Assembly (NCBI RefSeq): GCF_001194135.2
Contig: NC_068989.1
Coordinates: 88,652,988 to 88,716,987, forward strand
DNA from: Octopus bimaculoides
Taxonomy: Eukaryota
Direction: 5' to 3'
Length of the DNA stretch: 64,000 nt
Part shown: positions 63,769 through 64,000 of the stretch, piece by piece
How positions within the stretch are numbered: the stretch's first letter is position 1
Layout: each line of letters opens with the position of its first letter
Position numbers and translations under genes: made by a program
Notes under the pieces: generated by a model
Seen by the model: the letters and a program-made list of their open reading frames with translations, nothing else
Told to the model about the DNA's origin: nothing
Database searches by the model: none

Positions 63769-64000
63769 AACAACAAACAAGGTGAGGACAAATATCCGTC
63801 AAATTTAAATGATGTTGATAGTGACTTTGAAGTTTCAAGCTAAGCAGACCAAAACTTCAAAGTTACAGTCAATGCTATCCTTGTGATGTATAAGACTTTG
63901 GGATTTACTTGAATTTTTTTTTTTGAAAATACATTCCTATGTCAAATCTGAAATATAAAATATGTAAAAGTTGATTCTCATTCTTTAACATGTTGCTTGG

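Larger units (their letters stand above)
63550..63815. mobile_element. Penelope-type palindromic element
   Basis: Inverted arms 63584-63695 and 63704-63815 with the CCTGATGAAGG...CCGAAA motif typical of PLE termini. A partial 5' copy lies at about 52408-52470. Confidence 0.65.

Overview
Eukaryotic, AT-rich, repeat-dense scaffold sequence with six N-gaps. The repeat families and microsatellite load resemble a coleoid cephalopod (Octopus-like), which is inferred rather than proven. The window holds one protein-coding gene on the + strand, a CDK12/CDK13 (PITAVRE) kinase. Nine exons (29555-55477) splice in frame through GT-AG junctions: RS-rich region, Pro-rich linker, complete kinase domain, C-terminal extension (QDCHE) and a 600-codon low-complexity last exon, about 1222 codons before the stop. 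The start exon is not visible, so 1-29554 is probably one very large intron. The rest is non-autonomous mobile DNA (three SINE-like families, TTAA-flanked piggyBac-like MITEs, Helentron-type HINEs, mariner/Tc1 MITEs, RTE and CR1 LINE relics), micro- and minisatellites. The best leads are: (i) a ~230-nt Penelope-type palindrome at 63584-63815 carrying a minimal hammerhead-ribozyme motif on each strand; (ii) candidate restorative A-to-I recoding codons and unusual Cys substitutions in the kinase C-lobe; (iii) short conserved islands (a helical motif and a PY-NLS-like motif) in the disordered C-terminal tail; (iv) TTAA-MITE dimers sharing a fixed spacer; (v) several intronic fold-backs that could be ADAR substrates. 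All comparisons with human or fly sequences and repeat consensuses are from recall and need alignment.
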